DNA from: Massalongia carnosa
Lineage: Eukaryota
Direction of reading: 5' to 3'
Assembly (NCBI GenBank): GCA_965645245.1
Contig: OZ287082.1
Location: 434,001 to 498,000 of the forward strand
Length of the DNA: 64,000 nt
Below, in pieces: positions 27,089 to 38,075 of the stretch (positions are counted from its first letter, which is position 1; every line of letters begins with the position of its first letter). The notes under the pieces were generated by a model that was given only the letters and a program-made list of their open reading frames with translations, had not been told where the DNA came from and ran no database searches. The position numbers were made by a program, and so were the translations under genes.

Positions 27089-30000
27089 TCCTTGATCAAA
27101 ATCGCGATCAAGGACGTCTTAAGAAAGATGTCATTTGTGAAATTGGTAGCGCTGAAATGAAGACAGTAAGGGTCTCTAGTTGTGCTGTCCTCGATACTGA
27201 AAAGAAGATCGAGGGCAAGCATCTAGTATTTAAAACTAGCATAGCTGGAATTAAAACTCGTTTACTTGTTGATAATAGAAGTGAGGCTGAGCTCATTGAT
27301 GAATCCTTCGCGCGTGTAAATAAACTGAATACCTCCAAATTAGAAACGGGTGTTAAACTGACCCTTGGAAACGGAGAGGTTGCCCAACTTCTCACGCGGA
27401 CCGCCCTAGTCGACGTCAAAATCGGGGATCATCAAGAACAAGTCCTTTGCTATGTAGCAAAACTGGACGTGTACGCGATTATTCTAGGAGATGGGTGGCT
27501 ACAAACTCACAACCCCAGCATTGACTGGAAAGAGCGAATTATGAAGTTTAACTCTGCCGATTGCTTGGAAATGGGATGCCTTTCGCGTGGAATAACCTGC
27601 ACCGAATTTGCTGTTGGAAGTAGGGCAAAGAATAGGATCGGAACAAAAGACGATATCGAAGTCCTTCCGGTCAATGCGAAACATTTCTTTCGGATGGTTA
27701 GGAAGAAAGATCACGAGGGATACTTATGGACTCCCCGAGAACATAAGACCTTCTGTGCCACAACCACTGGGGCCGTCACCTCAAAGGATTACGACAAGTT
27801 TATGAAAGGCAAACCCGAGTACTCCCGAGAAGAATTGTTAAAGAAAATTCCCTCAGAGTATCATAGCATGATAGAAGTCTTTATGAAGCATAAAGCAGAC
27901 GAACTACCGGAACATCGTAAGGAGGATCACGAGATCAACCTCATGGACGGAAAAGAACCCCCTTATATCAGGAACTATAAGCCTATGTCAGAACAGGAGT
28001 TGGAAGCTGTCAAGAAGTATATTGACGAACATATGGGAAAGGGATTCATTCGTCCCAGTTCGTCGACAGCAGCTGCTCCAGTCCTTCTAGTTCGAAAACC
28101 AGGTGGTGGACTGAGGTTTTGTGTGGACTATCGAGCCTTGAATGCCATCACAGTAAAGAATCGATATCCTATTCCCCTAATTAACGAAACGCTCGGAAAA
28201 CTCTCCCAGGCAAAACGCTTCACGAAACTAGACGTTATTACGGCATTCAATCGTCTTCGAGTAAAAGAAGGACATGAATGGCTTACCGCTTTTAACACAA
28301 GATATGGCCAGTTCGAATATCTGGTCATGCCTTTCGGTTTATGCAATGCTCCAGGGACTTTTCAGAGTTATATAAATAATTCGGTTCGGGAATATTTAGA
28401 CGTCTTTTGTACTGCTTATCTGGATGACGTCTTGATCTACAGTGATAATGAGGAAGAACATTAAGATCACGTCTTGAAGGTTCTTAAACGCTTGGGGGAA
28501 CGAGGACTCCAAGTTGACATTGACAAATGTGAATTCTCGGTGACTAAAGTAAAGTACCTCGGACTTATAGTCACCACTGAAGGAATACAAATGGATTCCG
28601 AGAAGATTGAAGCGATTTTGAAATGGGAAACTCCGGAGTCCGTGAAGGACGTGCAAGCTTTTTTAGGCTTTGCAAACTTCTATCGACGATTCATATCAAA
28701 GTTCTCTCAGCGTACAAGGTCTCTGACGGAATTAACAAAAGGAGAACAAATAACCACCAAGTCGGGCAAGAAGAGAACCCGATATAACGTGTTCATCTGG
28801 ACCGAAGATTGTAAAAAAGCTTTCGAAGATTTGAAAGAGGCCTTCACTACTGCACCAGTGTTAGCGCACTATGGTCCTTCTCTAGAGACATGGATAGAAA
28901 CAGACTCTTCGGATTTCGTCACTGCCGGAGTCTTATCTCAGATGCATGACGGAGTGCTCAAACCGGTAGCATATTTCTCCAAGAAGATGACACCGGCCGA
29001 ATGTAATTACATGATATATGATAAGGAACTCCTCGCTATCATAAAGAGCTTCGAGGTCTGGCGGCCCGAGGCAGCAAGTGCTGCGCCTGACCAGCCAATC
29101 AAAGTTTATACTGATCATAAAAACCTGGAACACTTTATGACGACAAAGCAACTGAACCGCAGACAGGCCCGATGGGCTGAATTCCTTTCGGAGTTCAATT
29201 TCAAAATCATGTATCGACCGGGCAGACAAGGCGAAAAGCCGGACACACTTACTCGACGCTCTCAAGATCTTCCAAAAGGGTTTGACGACTCTCGACAACA
29301 ACATCAATTCCAGACATTGCTACAGGAGCATCAACTAGACAATGACGTAAAGAAGGCTTTATCAGTGATCTTCTGTGCAAACACAAGAACAAATGACACT
29401 GACGAAGAAGCTGAGGAACCTCAGGCCATCGAGGACTATGAAGAGGCTCAGGGTCAGATTTTAAATGAAAATCCGGTGAAAGAACTAGGCGACGATTCGG
29501 AAGAAGATCCATCAGCGAAACGTCTAGAAGAACTAATTGAAGAAGCTTATGAAAAAGATGAAGTAGTTCAAGACATAATCGCTGCCAAAACACGAGAACT
29601 TCGCAAGCTTCCATCGCATCTTATAAAGAAAGGGATCAAATTAGCCATGGGAGATCTCAAAGTGAAAGATGAAAGACTATATGTCAAAGAAAGGCTGTAT
29701 GTCCCAGATCATGAACCCCTTCAATTATGCCTGTTGCAGAAACATCACGAACCTCCTCTGCAAGGACACCCGGGATATAAAAGCATGTATCAGTCACTGA
29801 TGGAAAACTACTTCTGGTTCGACATGAAGGATCACTGCAAAAGATACGCAGTGAACTGCTCCATTTGTCGAAGGTCAAAATCATACAATGTCAAGAAACA
29901 GGGCTTACTGAATCCTCTACCCATACCGAACAGAAAATGGACAGACGTCTTTTTAGATTTTGTGGAGTTTTTGCCGGAATGTCGGCGAAGGAATAGAGTG

Positions 30001-31149
30001 TATCAACACATATTAGTGATAGTAGACCGTCTAACAAAAAGACGATTATACGAACTGCTTACGTCACTCTCCACCGACGAATTAATGGACGCCATGTCTC
30101 GACGACTCTTCTCCTCGTATGGCTTTCCATTGTCAACGGTAAACGATCGAGGCAGTCAGCTGACTGCTCATCTGTGGAAAAGAATTTGTGAAAGATACGG
30201 AGTAAAGATAAAGTTCTCTTCAGCGCATCATCCAGAAACGGATGGTCAAACTGAGAATGCAAATAAAGTAATGAAGAACTACCTTCGATCATACATCAAT
30301 TATGCTCAGGACAACTGGGTCGACTATCTTTCAGATGCCGAGTTCGCCGTCAACAATTATGTTAACGTTTCGACAGGAATGACACCATTCTTCGCAGATC
30401 ACGGCTTTCATCCTCGTTCGGGAATAGAGCCTCCAGGAACATATGAAGAAAAGGGAAAAGCCGAGATACTTCATGCTGACAAAATAGTCGCTCGCCAGGA
30501 AGCAATGCGAGAATGGTTAAGAAATCAGCTAACATGGGCCCAGGAAGAACAAACACGACATGCTAACAAAGATCGTCAACCGCACCCAGAATACAAAGTG
30601 GGCGATTTAGTGTACGTTAATGCTAAACATTTCGTATCAGAGCGTCCAAGTCGTTCCCTCGGGTTTAAAAACGTTGGTCCCTGGAAAATGGTTAGGATAA
30701 TCGATAACAAGGCATATGAGCTTGACATACCAGAGCATTTAAAGAATGTGGGACTCACCCCAATATTTTATCCATTGAAGTTGTATCTCGCTCCGTCCAA
30801 TCCGTTCCCAGGGCAAGTACTGCCTCCCGGCCCACCTGTCTTGATCACCGAGATCGATGAGGAGGCAACACATGAAGAGTGGGAAATCTTAGAGATAGTG
30901 GACTGTCGAGAGACAAGGAAATTTGGGGTACAGTATAAGGCTACATATATTGGAAATTGGGACGAGTGGAACGCTGACCCACCTTGGCAACCCTGGACCG
31001 ACTTCAGAAAGTCTATCGAAAAGGTTCTGCAATATCATAGAGAACATCCTCGAAAACCGAAGGCGCCAGAGGACCTCACAGGGATGGATCAGACGATCGA
31101 TAACGTCAGACCATCTACGGAAACCGTAGATGGACCCGATGAGGCTTAG
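27076..31149 (+). pseudogene. gypsy 1 pol (PR-RT-RH-IN-chromodomain) with in-frame TAA at 28462
   Basis: LLVDNRS (degenerate protease site), YLDD, ETDSSD..KELLAI, integrase HHCC and DDE, C-terminal chromodomain EEWEILEIVD. Confidence 0.92.
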
Positions 31150-31827
31150 CTTCGAATAAGGGATTATTCGTTTCTTTAGTCAAGAACTGGATGAACGGAG
31201 CGGATTATTCACGACTCCGAGACGTCGTCCATAGAAGGGGGGGTGGTGTCAGGGTCCTGGCCTGACCCGACATGCTCTGGTGGTCAAGGGACAGCGTGAC
31301 TCGCCTAATCAGTAGCGCGCGTCGCTTGACTGGCTAGCGCACCCACGGTAGATTATGTTTAGGAGTTCAGCGATGATTATTCTTTTCTTTCCTTCCTTGT
31401 AGTTAAATTCTAGTTCATAGCTACTGAATAATATCAGGGCAAGCTGCCTGACAGATGGTAAGAACTGTTAGAGGGTAAGTGTTAGATAGTAAGAACTGTT
31501 AGACTACTATCATGGGCATCCGTCTAGTGCCTATCTTTGGTGACCCTACCACGGGGGCCGAAGTGACCTCTGGGGACCGAGAATCAGTAGACCAGCTGAC
31601 TCCCTATGAAAGGGGGTCGCCGGAAAGTCTTCAATGTGACTGCTATATAATGAGTAGATAGCTCACATATAATCCACGCCTTCAATGATAATCATGCTAT
31701 TATACCTACAAAGTGAAGCTATATTTTCATAGCACTACAGGCTATTAGTGAAGATGTTTCACATGATGCCGGTGCATTGTTTCGACAGTCTAGTATTGAA
31801 TAAAACTCATAAAAATCAATGTCCTCA

Positions 31828-32641
31828 TCAGCTACTGTCTTCCGTATCATCCTCCTCGTCCTCCTCATCCTCCTCATCCTCCTCGTCCTCCTCGTCCTCC
31901 TCGTCCTCCTCGTCCTCCTGATTGTCCTCCTCCTCTTCCTCCTCCTCGTCCTCGTCAAGGTTCTCCTCCTTCTCCTCTCCCTCCTCCTCGTCATTCAAAG
32001 CCTTTTATGTAGTCCTAGTAGTTAGCGGACGTACATTGAAGCTTGGCCGGAAATTCTTTGGCAAAGATTGACTAGAGGAACGTGATTCTGATGGAGGAGG
32101 AGGAACAATTATAGGTTCAGAATCGTGCTCGGATGATTGCTGCTTCAATTGTCTAGCAAATTTGCTGACATCGCGAGCCAAACGTATGCCGATGCCAGGT
32201 TCGATTCCCATTTTCTCCCATTTTTCCTCATAAACAGTACCTTTCAACTGCTGAATGGTTTGCTTTGTAAATCAGAGTGAACAAAACAGGCTCGGGCTCA
32301 GGCTCAGGCTCAGGTTCAGGAGCACTAGATAGCTCAGAAAGACAAGGAGAAGGCGTACTACTGCGAGTCGGACGGACATTCCTTGGCTCGGGGAGGAGGA
32401 GACGATTAGGAGGTAAAGGCGAAGCCGAAGGAGAAGCTGGAGGAGATGGTAAAGGTAGACGTGATGGAAGATCAGGAATACGAGCATTTAAACTTAGTAA
32501 TGATGATCTAGGAGGATTGATTCTAAGTCTTTGTTTAAATGAATGTGCTGAGTTCCTAGGTAATTCAGTAGTAGATGCCCGTTTTCATGATTGTTTGGAG
32601 GGCTGTTTTGAAGGCTATTTAGGAGGCTGTTTTCGAGGCAT
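31828..32641 (-). pseudogene. degenerate gene: Pro/Ser-rich N-terminus, acidic (E/D) repeat tail; product unknown
   Basis: Reading frames broken by stops; GAG/GAC trinucleotide tract at ~31845-31993 is in frame after a premature TAA. Confidence 0.45.
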
Positions 32642-32859
32642 GATGACTGGAATAACTACGTTGAAAGTTCATACAAACGACAATTAAAAGGATATCATTA
32701 ACTATATTATCCTATAGACTGCAAAGGGCAGTGTGAAGGGGAGGAGGGCTATTAGCTACTGCACCAAATTCTGGTGTGTGGTCCAATTCTGTCGCTTATT
32801 TTTTTTTTTTACCGCGCAGTTTCGGGGTTCAAAGTTCGGCACACCATTTTACAAACGGG

Positions 32860-34135
32860 TGTAATAAGCATATTTATCTTGTGTAAGGTTTTTTACGTTA
32901 CTCAAGTTTAAAGATTAAAAATTTTGATATACGAAAATTTTGAAGTTTTTAATATTGTTTTCATGATTTACTTTATCAAATCACGTGCAATTTTCTAAAT
33001 TCTTTCAAATATCAAGTTCTTGTAAAGAAATTTATTTTTGACATATATAATGATTCTTATGTTACTCGATTTTTAAAATTCCAATATTTGATATTCGAAA
33101 ATTTTGAAGTTTTCAACAGTGTTTTCATGAATAACTTCATCAAATCACGTGCGATTTTTAAAATTCTTTCATATATTGCATTCATCTAAAATAACACATA
33201 TTTAACATATATAATGTTTCTTACGTTACTTGATTTTTAAAATTTCAATTTTTGATATTCGAAAATTTTGAAGTTATCTGTAACGGTTCGACCAAGCGTG
33301 GTGCGGACGGCAGGACCTACAGCGAATATAGCAGGAGTCCCAGTTATAGTAGAATAGAGCTTGGTCTGCGGACTAAGTATTGTGCCTTTTGGTCGGGAAG
33401 GACAGGTGGCGCAATGGTAGAAATCTATTCACTATCTCGCTTCGTCACAGAATACTTAGTCATCAATCGGTGTACCAGTCGTGAGTTCGATTCCTGACCT
33501 GAGTTCCTCAATTTTTCGCCTTGCTTCGACGGACTGAAGCTAGGACGAAACGGGAAAGCGTTGGATGAAAACTCTCTAAGTCGGATCGGCGAGGGCAGTA
33601 CGCTAAGAAGAGCCCATTCTTCGGGGCTAACTATAACTAGAAGCGGCTAGGGGCTAGCCGCAGCTAGACGGGCGGTAGTGTAACGGTTCGACTAAGCGTG
33701 GTGTGGACGGCAGGACCTACAGCGAACATAGCAGGAGTCCCAGTTGTAGTAGAATAGAGCTTGGTCTGCGGACTAAGTATTGTGCCTTTTGGTCGGGAAG
33801 GACAGGTGGCGCAATGGTAGAAATCTATTCACTATCTCGCTTCGTCACATTATCAACAAAGTTTTCATGAATAACTTTATCAAATCACGTGCGATTTTCG
33901 AAATTCCTTCAAATATTGCATTCTTCCAAAAAAATGCATATTTAACATATATAATGTTTCTTACGTTACTCGATTTTTAAAATTTCAATTTTTGATGTTC
34001 GAAAATTTTGAAGTTTTCAACAGTGTTTTCATGAATAACTTCATCAAATCAAGTGCGATTTACAAAATTTTTGATTATTCGAGCTTTGCATGCAGTTAGT
34101 CATGTTTTATAAATACAAAGTTTCTTACGTTATAG
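32860..34135. repeat. AT-rich tandem repeat, 164-bp period, ~4 units, interrupted by TRIM-1
   Basis: tta(c/t)gtta anchors at 32893, 33057, 33221, 33961 (after removing the 576-bp TRIM plus TSD) and 34125. Confidence 0.88.
33279..33849 (+). mobile_element. TRIM (non-autonomous mini LTR element) copy 1
   Basis: 171-bp LTRs 33279-33449 and 33679-33849, TG..CA, TSD ttatc, 229-bp non-coding interior. Confidence 0.93.
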
Positions 34136-34332
34136 CTTCAATAAAATCATATTGAGAAAAAACTTCTGCTTCCCATTCGCTGACTGGAAACCTGCAGGTT
34201 TCCATTCGGATTAATTCCGGACCTGGTTATTCCGCTTCCGTCGGCCAATCGGAACGGCTCCTGAACGGAAAGCTGCAGGTTTCCAGAGAAAACTATGGTT
34301 AGGACTCAGTTATCGATTCGAAGACGACTAAA

Positions 34333-35853
34333 TTGAGGAAGCAATTGACCCGGGACAGATGCCAGCGTATCTTTATGTTGAGTCCGGATGGGTTGATTTC
34401 CTGGGCAGTGGCCTTCATGCCTACTATATTGATAGCAAATGAAATATCCCAGAGTCAATATGATTACCTACTTGAGAATATCGAGCCGGATAAAGCCCAG
34501 GTCTGGCCATCAGAGATTCATAATATGCTAGATCAATTAGGAGCTGAAGAGCCGTTACAAGGGTCTCACAAATACCAGCAGTTTCTTAAAGGCAAGATCC
34601 CCGCCAAGTGCGAAGTCCAGCAAAAAGGCTAATGAGTCACCAGCCTTCAAAGATAGAGCAAACGCCTCAAGTCCCAAGAAACGAAAGCGCGGGTCTAAAC
34701 AATTATCGATGGCGCCGGTTGCTCAGATAGACAAGCGTAAAATGGAACTTCCACTATATACAATGCACCACTAACGATATATACAGCAGAAATCGAATTT
34801 GCATTCTCACAAGCACCAATAGAAAAGCTACCGCTCTTGATAAACTTCATTCTCCAAGTGATACAGAGCAGCCAGCTTTATGACGATGAAAGGGCAAGAC
34901 AAGAGCCACGTACAGGGTGTATAACTGTGTTCATTCGACCGAGGAACCAGGATGGCAGCATCAACATAGTAACGGGGTCGCAAGTGTGCTACGCTGTGCG
35001 AAACGCTCTCAGTCTTATTAGGCAGGAGGTTCCGTGAATCTTACTGCCTTGCCGCTTATCAATTCAACCTCAGATCCAGCCAGAACTTTAGCGGAGAAGT
35101 TAGTGATGTTGAAAAATTCCGCGTCTCCAATCCTCAAATATTCCGCTTTAGCTACCTCTATCTGTCTGTTTTTTTCATCGGGCGGAAATATGATTGATAT
35201 TATGTCTTCTGGTTCTCCGTTGAGTGCTTTAGCTCCCTCGAGTGATTTGTCTCCCTATATTGTAGTTACGAATTAGCCTCGAACAGGAAATGTTGCAGAA
35301 CTTGTATGCTGCTACCTCCGCCATAATCGACCGACGACAATATGACGTGATAAAAGGCACCCGCTTCGAGAGTTTCTCTGCACCACGTCAACTGAAACTC
35401 CCCTATACTATGAAATGTGTCCTTACTTCAACTGTTGATGTCAACTTGAATTTCGAACATGTACCACTTATAAAACGGCTTGTGGGGTTATGGGAAGGCG
35501 TTGGAAGGTATGAAGAATTACTGTTACATCAGTAGCTGTATAAAATTGTACGGTAGATCGGATATCCAGTATTCACCTCGCGAGACACCGGAGAAGGGGA
35601 AGTTAGAGATGTAAATAGAGGCGTGCTGCGCAAGAAGCGGGAGATGTGAGTGGATTTGATGAAATATATTGCCGTCGCAAACGTTGATGCCCAACAGATG
35701 AATACAGTGAGAATGGTCTTCACGGCGGAATGGTTGATGTTACTGGCGGAGCTGGGTGGGGTTAGACAACTGAGACATTGCTGTCGCTCTCAAAACCAAG
35801 TCCGTTGGTTGTCCGTTGGTTGCGATCCTAGATGTTGTAAGAATAGGATATGA
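34333..35853 (+). other. possible fragmented or multi-exon hypothetical gene
   Basis: Run of same-strand short ORFs with intron-like signals; no recognisable domain. Confidence 0.25.
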
Positions 35854-36432
35854 GCAGAATTATTCATTTTGCGTTGTTAAGTACTGTGTGATTTGCTGCG
35901 TACCGAAGCAATCCGAAGGTGGCCGGTAAGAATCCGGGCGTACTTTAGGCTTTAATGCGCCACCAAGGAGTGAGACCGGGGTCTTTTGTTTAGCAATCCT
36001 TCCCACATGCGCATCAAGTCTCAACGGAAAAGTTTCATGATGACGCAAGGTGTGCCTTATGCATGTTGAAAAGTTTCTGGAACGTTCCGCTTGAAGCCAA
36101 GCGGAAAGAGCTCACCGAAAGTTGAGCAAGCTTGGGGGCCTTAAAGGTGCATGTGACTCGGCTGCAGCTACAGTAGCGCAAAATGCCTCAGGCGTTAGGA
36201 TTCATGGAAATTACAGAGCGGCATCGACGAGAGGTTACTGTTATTCAAAAGTCATAGCAAAAGCAGAACGTTGATAGCCAACTAACGCCTTATAGTCCTT
36301 TAAGACTACTAGAAGTTTCTTTAGTATAATTTCACGATGAAGGTTTGAGCGCGATGCTGGTCTGCAGCACGGGACAGCATGCCAGGGTCTTTCACAAACT
36401 TCTCCAGAAGTATTTCCCATTCTTGCTCAACG

Positions 36433-37003
36433 TGTAACGGTTCGACCAAGCGTGGTACGGACGGCAGGACCTACAGCGAACATAGCAGGAGTCCCAGTTG
36501 TAGTAGAATAGAGCTTGGTCTGCGGACTAAGTATTGTGCCTTTTGGTCGGGAAGGACAGGTGGCGCAATGGTAGAAATCTATTCACTATCTCGCTTCGTC
36601 ACAGAATACTTAGTCATCAATCGGTGTACCAGTCGTGAGTTCGATTCCTGACCTGAGTTCCTCGCTTTTTCGCCTTGCTTCGACGGACTGAAGCTAGGAC
36701 GAAACGGGAAAGCGTTGGATGAAAACTCTCTAAGTCGGATCGGCGAGGGCAGTACGCTAAGAAGAACCCATTCTTCGGGGCTAACTATAACTAGAAGCGG
36801 CTAGGGGCTAGCCGCAGCTAGACGGGCGGTAGTATAACGGTTCGACCAAGCGTGGTGTGGACGGCAGGACCTACAGCGAACATAGCAGGAGTCCCAGTTA
36901 TAGTAGAATAGAGCTTGGTCTGCGGACTAAGTATTGTGCCTTTTGGTCGGGAAGGACAGGTGGCGCAATGGTAGAAATCTATTCACTATCTCGCTTCGTC
37001 ACA
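36433..37003 (+). mobile_element. TRIM copy 2
   Basis: LTRs 36433-36603 and 36833-37003, TSD caacg, same 571-bp length. Confidence 0.93.
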
Positions 37004-37723
37004 CAACGAGTTCACTTGAAGGTAGGCTCATATTTGAGAAAATCCCATGACGACGCAAGATTGCCCCCTTCAAATGACGACATTGGTCATCAATATCGTA
37101 AGACTGTGGGCGCATAAGATCTGACAGCACATAGGTAGCCGAAAGATCAACAAGTCGACCCATCAAGAAGTTTTCTTCCTTTATATCAGTATCATAAATC
37201 TGAAGACGATCCAATATGTTCCGATGTTCAATCATCTGCTCTGGAGTGACGAGGTTGAAGTTGAAATGAGGACCCTCAACGATCTTCTTCACTATGAGCT
37301 TCAGCGGATCCTTCTCCGAAATTTGAAATCTTCCGATGCACAGTTCTGGAGGGACCTCAAACCAGCCGTAGGCTTCGATATCTGGTGAGTTGACTTTTGC
37401 CTCGGAGTCGCCTTCAATAACTGAATACGCCTTCAACTCGCGATCGAAGGACTAAGTTCATAGCCGGCTCTCGAAAGAATGTAGCCGTAATTAAGGTAAT
37501 AGTAGGCCTTAAACTAAGAAACTAATAAGCATAAATACGCATAGAGATGGGAAGCGCACATAAGAATACCCACCACCTTCAATGCCACAGCGTTGCCATT
37601 AGCAAAAGAGACTATGCTACCTTCATATACATCACCAGCATCCCCACTACCAAGCCTCCTTGTAATGGAGATATCGCTTGGCTTTATTGTCGATAGATAT
37701 GGTAGTGCTGTGTAATAAGCCAT
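37004..37723 (-). pseudogene. small kinase-like gene (FTA2-like fungal family), hit by gypsy 2 at its ATG and by TRIM-2 near its 3' end
   Basis: LGSGDAGDVY..VALKV (Gly loop and Lys), intron(s), ELKAYS..AYGW..DIKEENF..RLVDLS. Confidence 0.6.
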
Positions 37724-38075
37724 GTGTAGCACGTCGACCTAGATAGAAATCTAATAGGGACTATGTACGAAAACTAGTAAGATGAAGAAAGAAAGCTATG
37801 TACAGATCGCCGGTTAATAAACACTCATACCCGTGCTAAGCCTAATGCAGGTTTTCATCACCGTCGTTGAACTGCTCATACCACGCGTGTTAATAATGTC
37901 GCTACAAGCAGTGCTAAATCCGTTTTCGGTTAGATAAGGTGAATAGCACTACGTCATTTGCTGCCTGAGGTTAGAGCGTTGTAATCCGTGACATTACCCC
38001 CTTCTTTAGATCGCGAATCACCTGATCGCGATTAGCGCCGTTCTTGTCAGGTGACGTAATTCCCGTTGACTGTTG

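Larger units (their letters stand above)
25081..31453 (+). mobile_element. complete Ty3/gypsy chromovirus 1
   Basis: LTRs 25081-25287 and 31247-31453 (207 bp, TG..CA, no difference seen), TSD gatgg, PPT agaagggggggtgg. Confidence 0.96.

Noticed and set aside
31454..31710. Solo LTR (TGTTAG at 25071 ... CTACA) split by gypsy 1
   Set aside because: TG..CA ends are plausible, but there is no matching TSD and no second copy.
31719..32025. Arg-rich and Leu-rich ORFs
   Set aside because: Alternative frames of a GAG/GAC trinucleotide tract.
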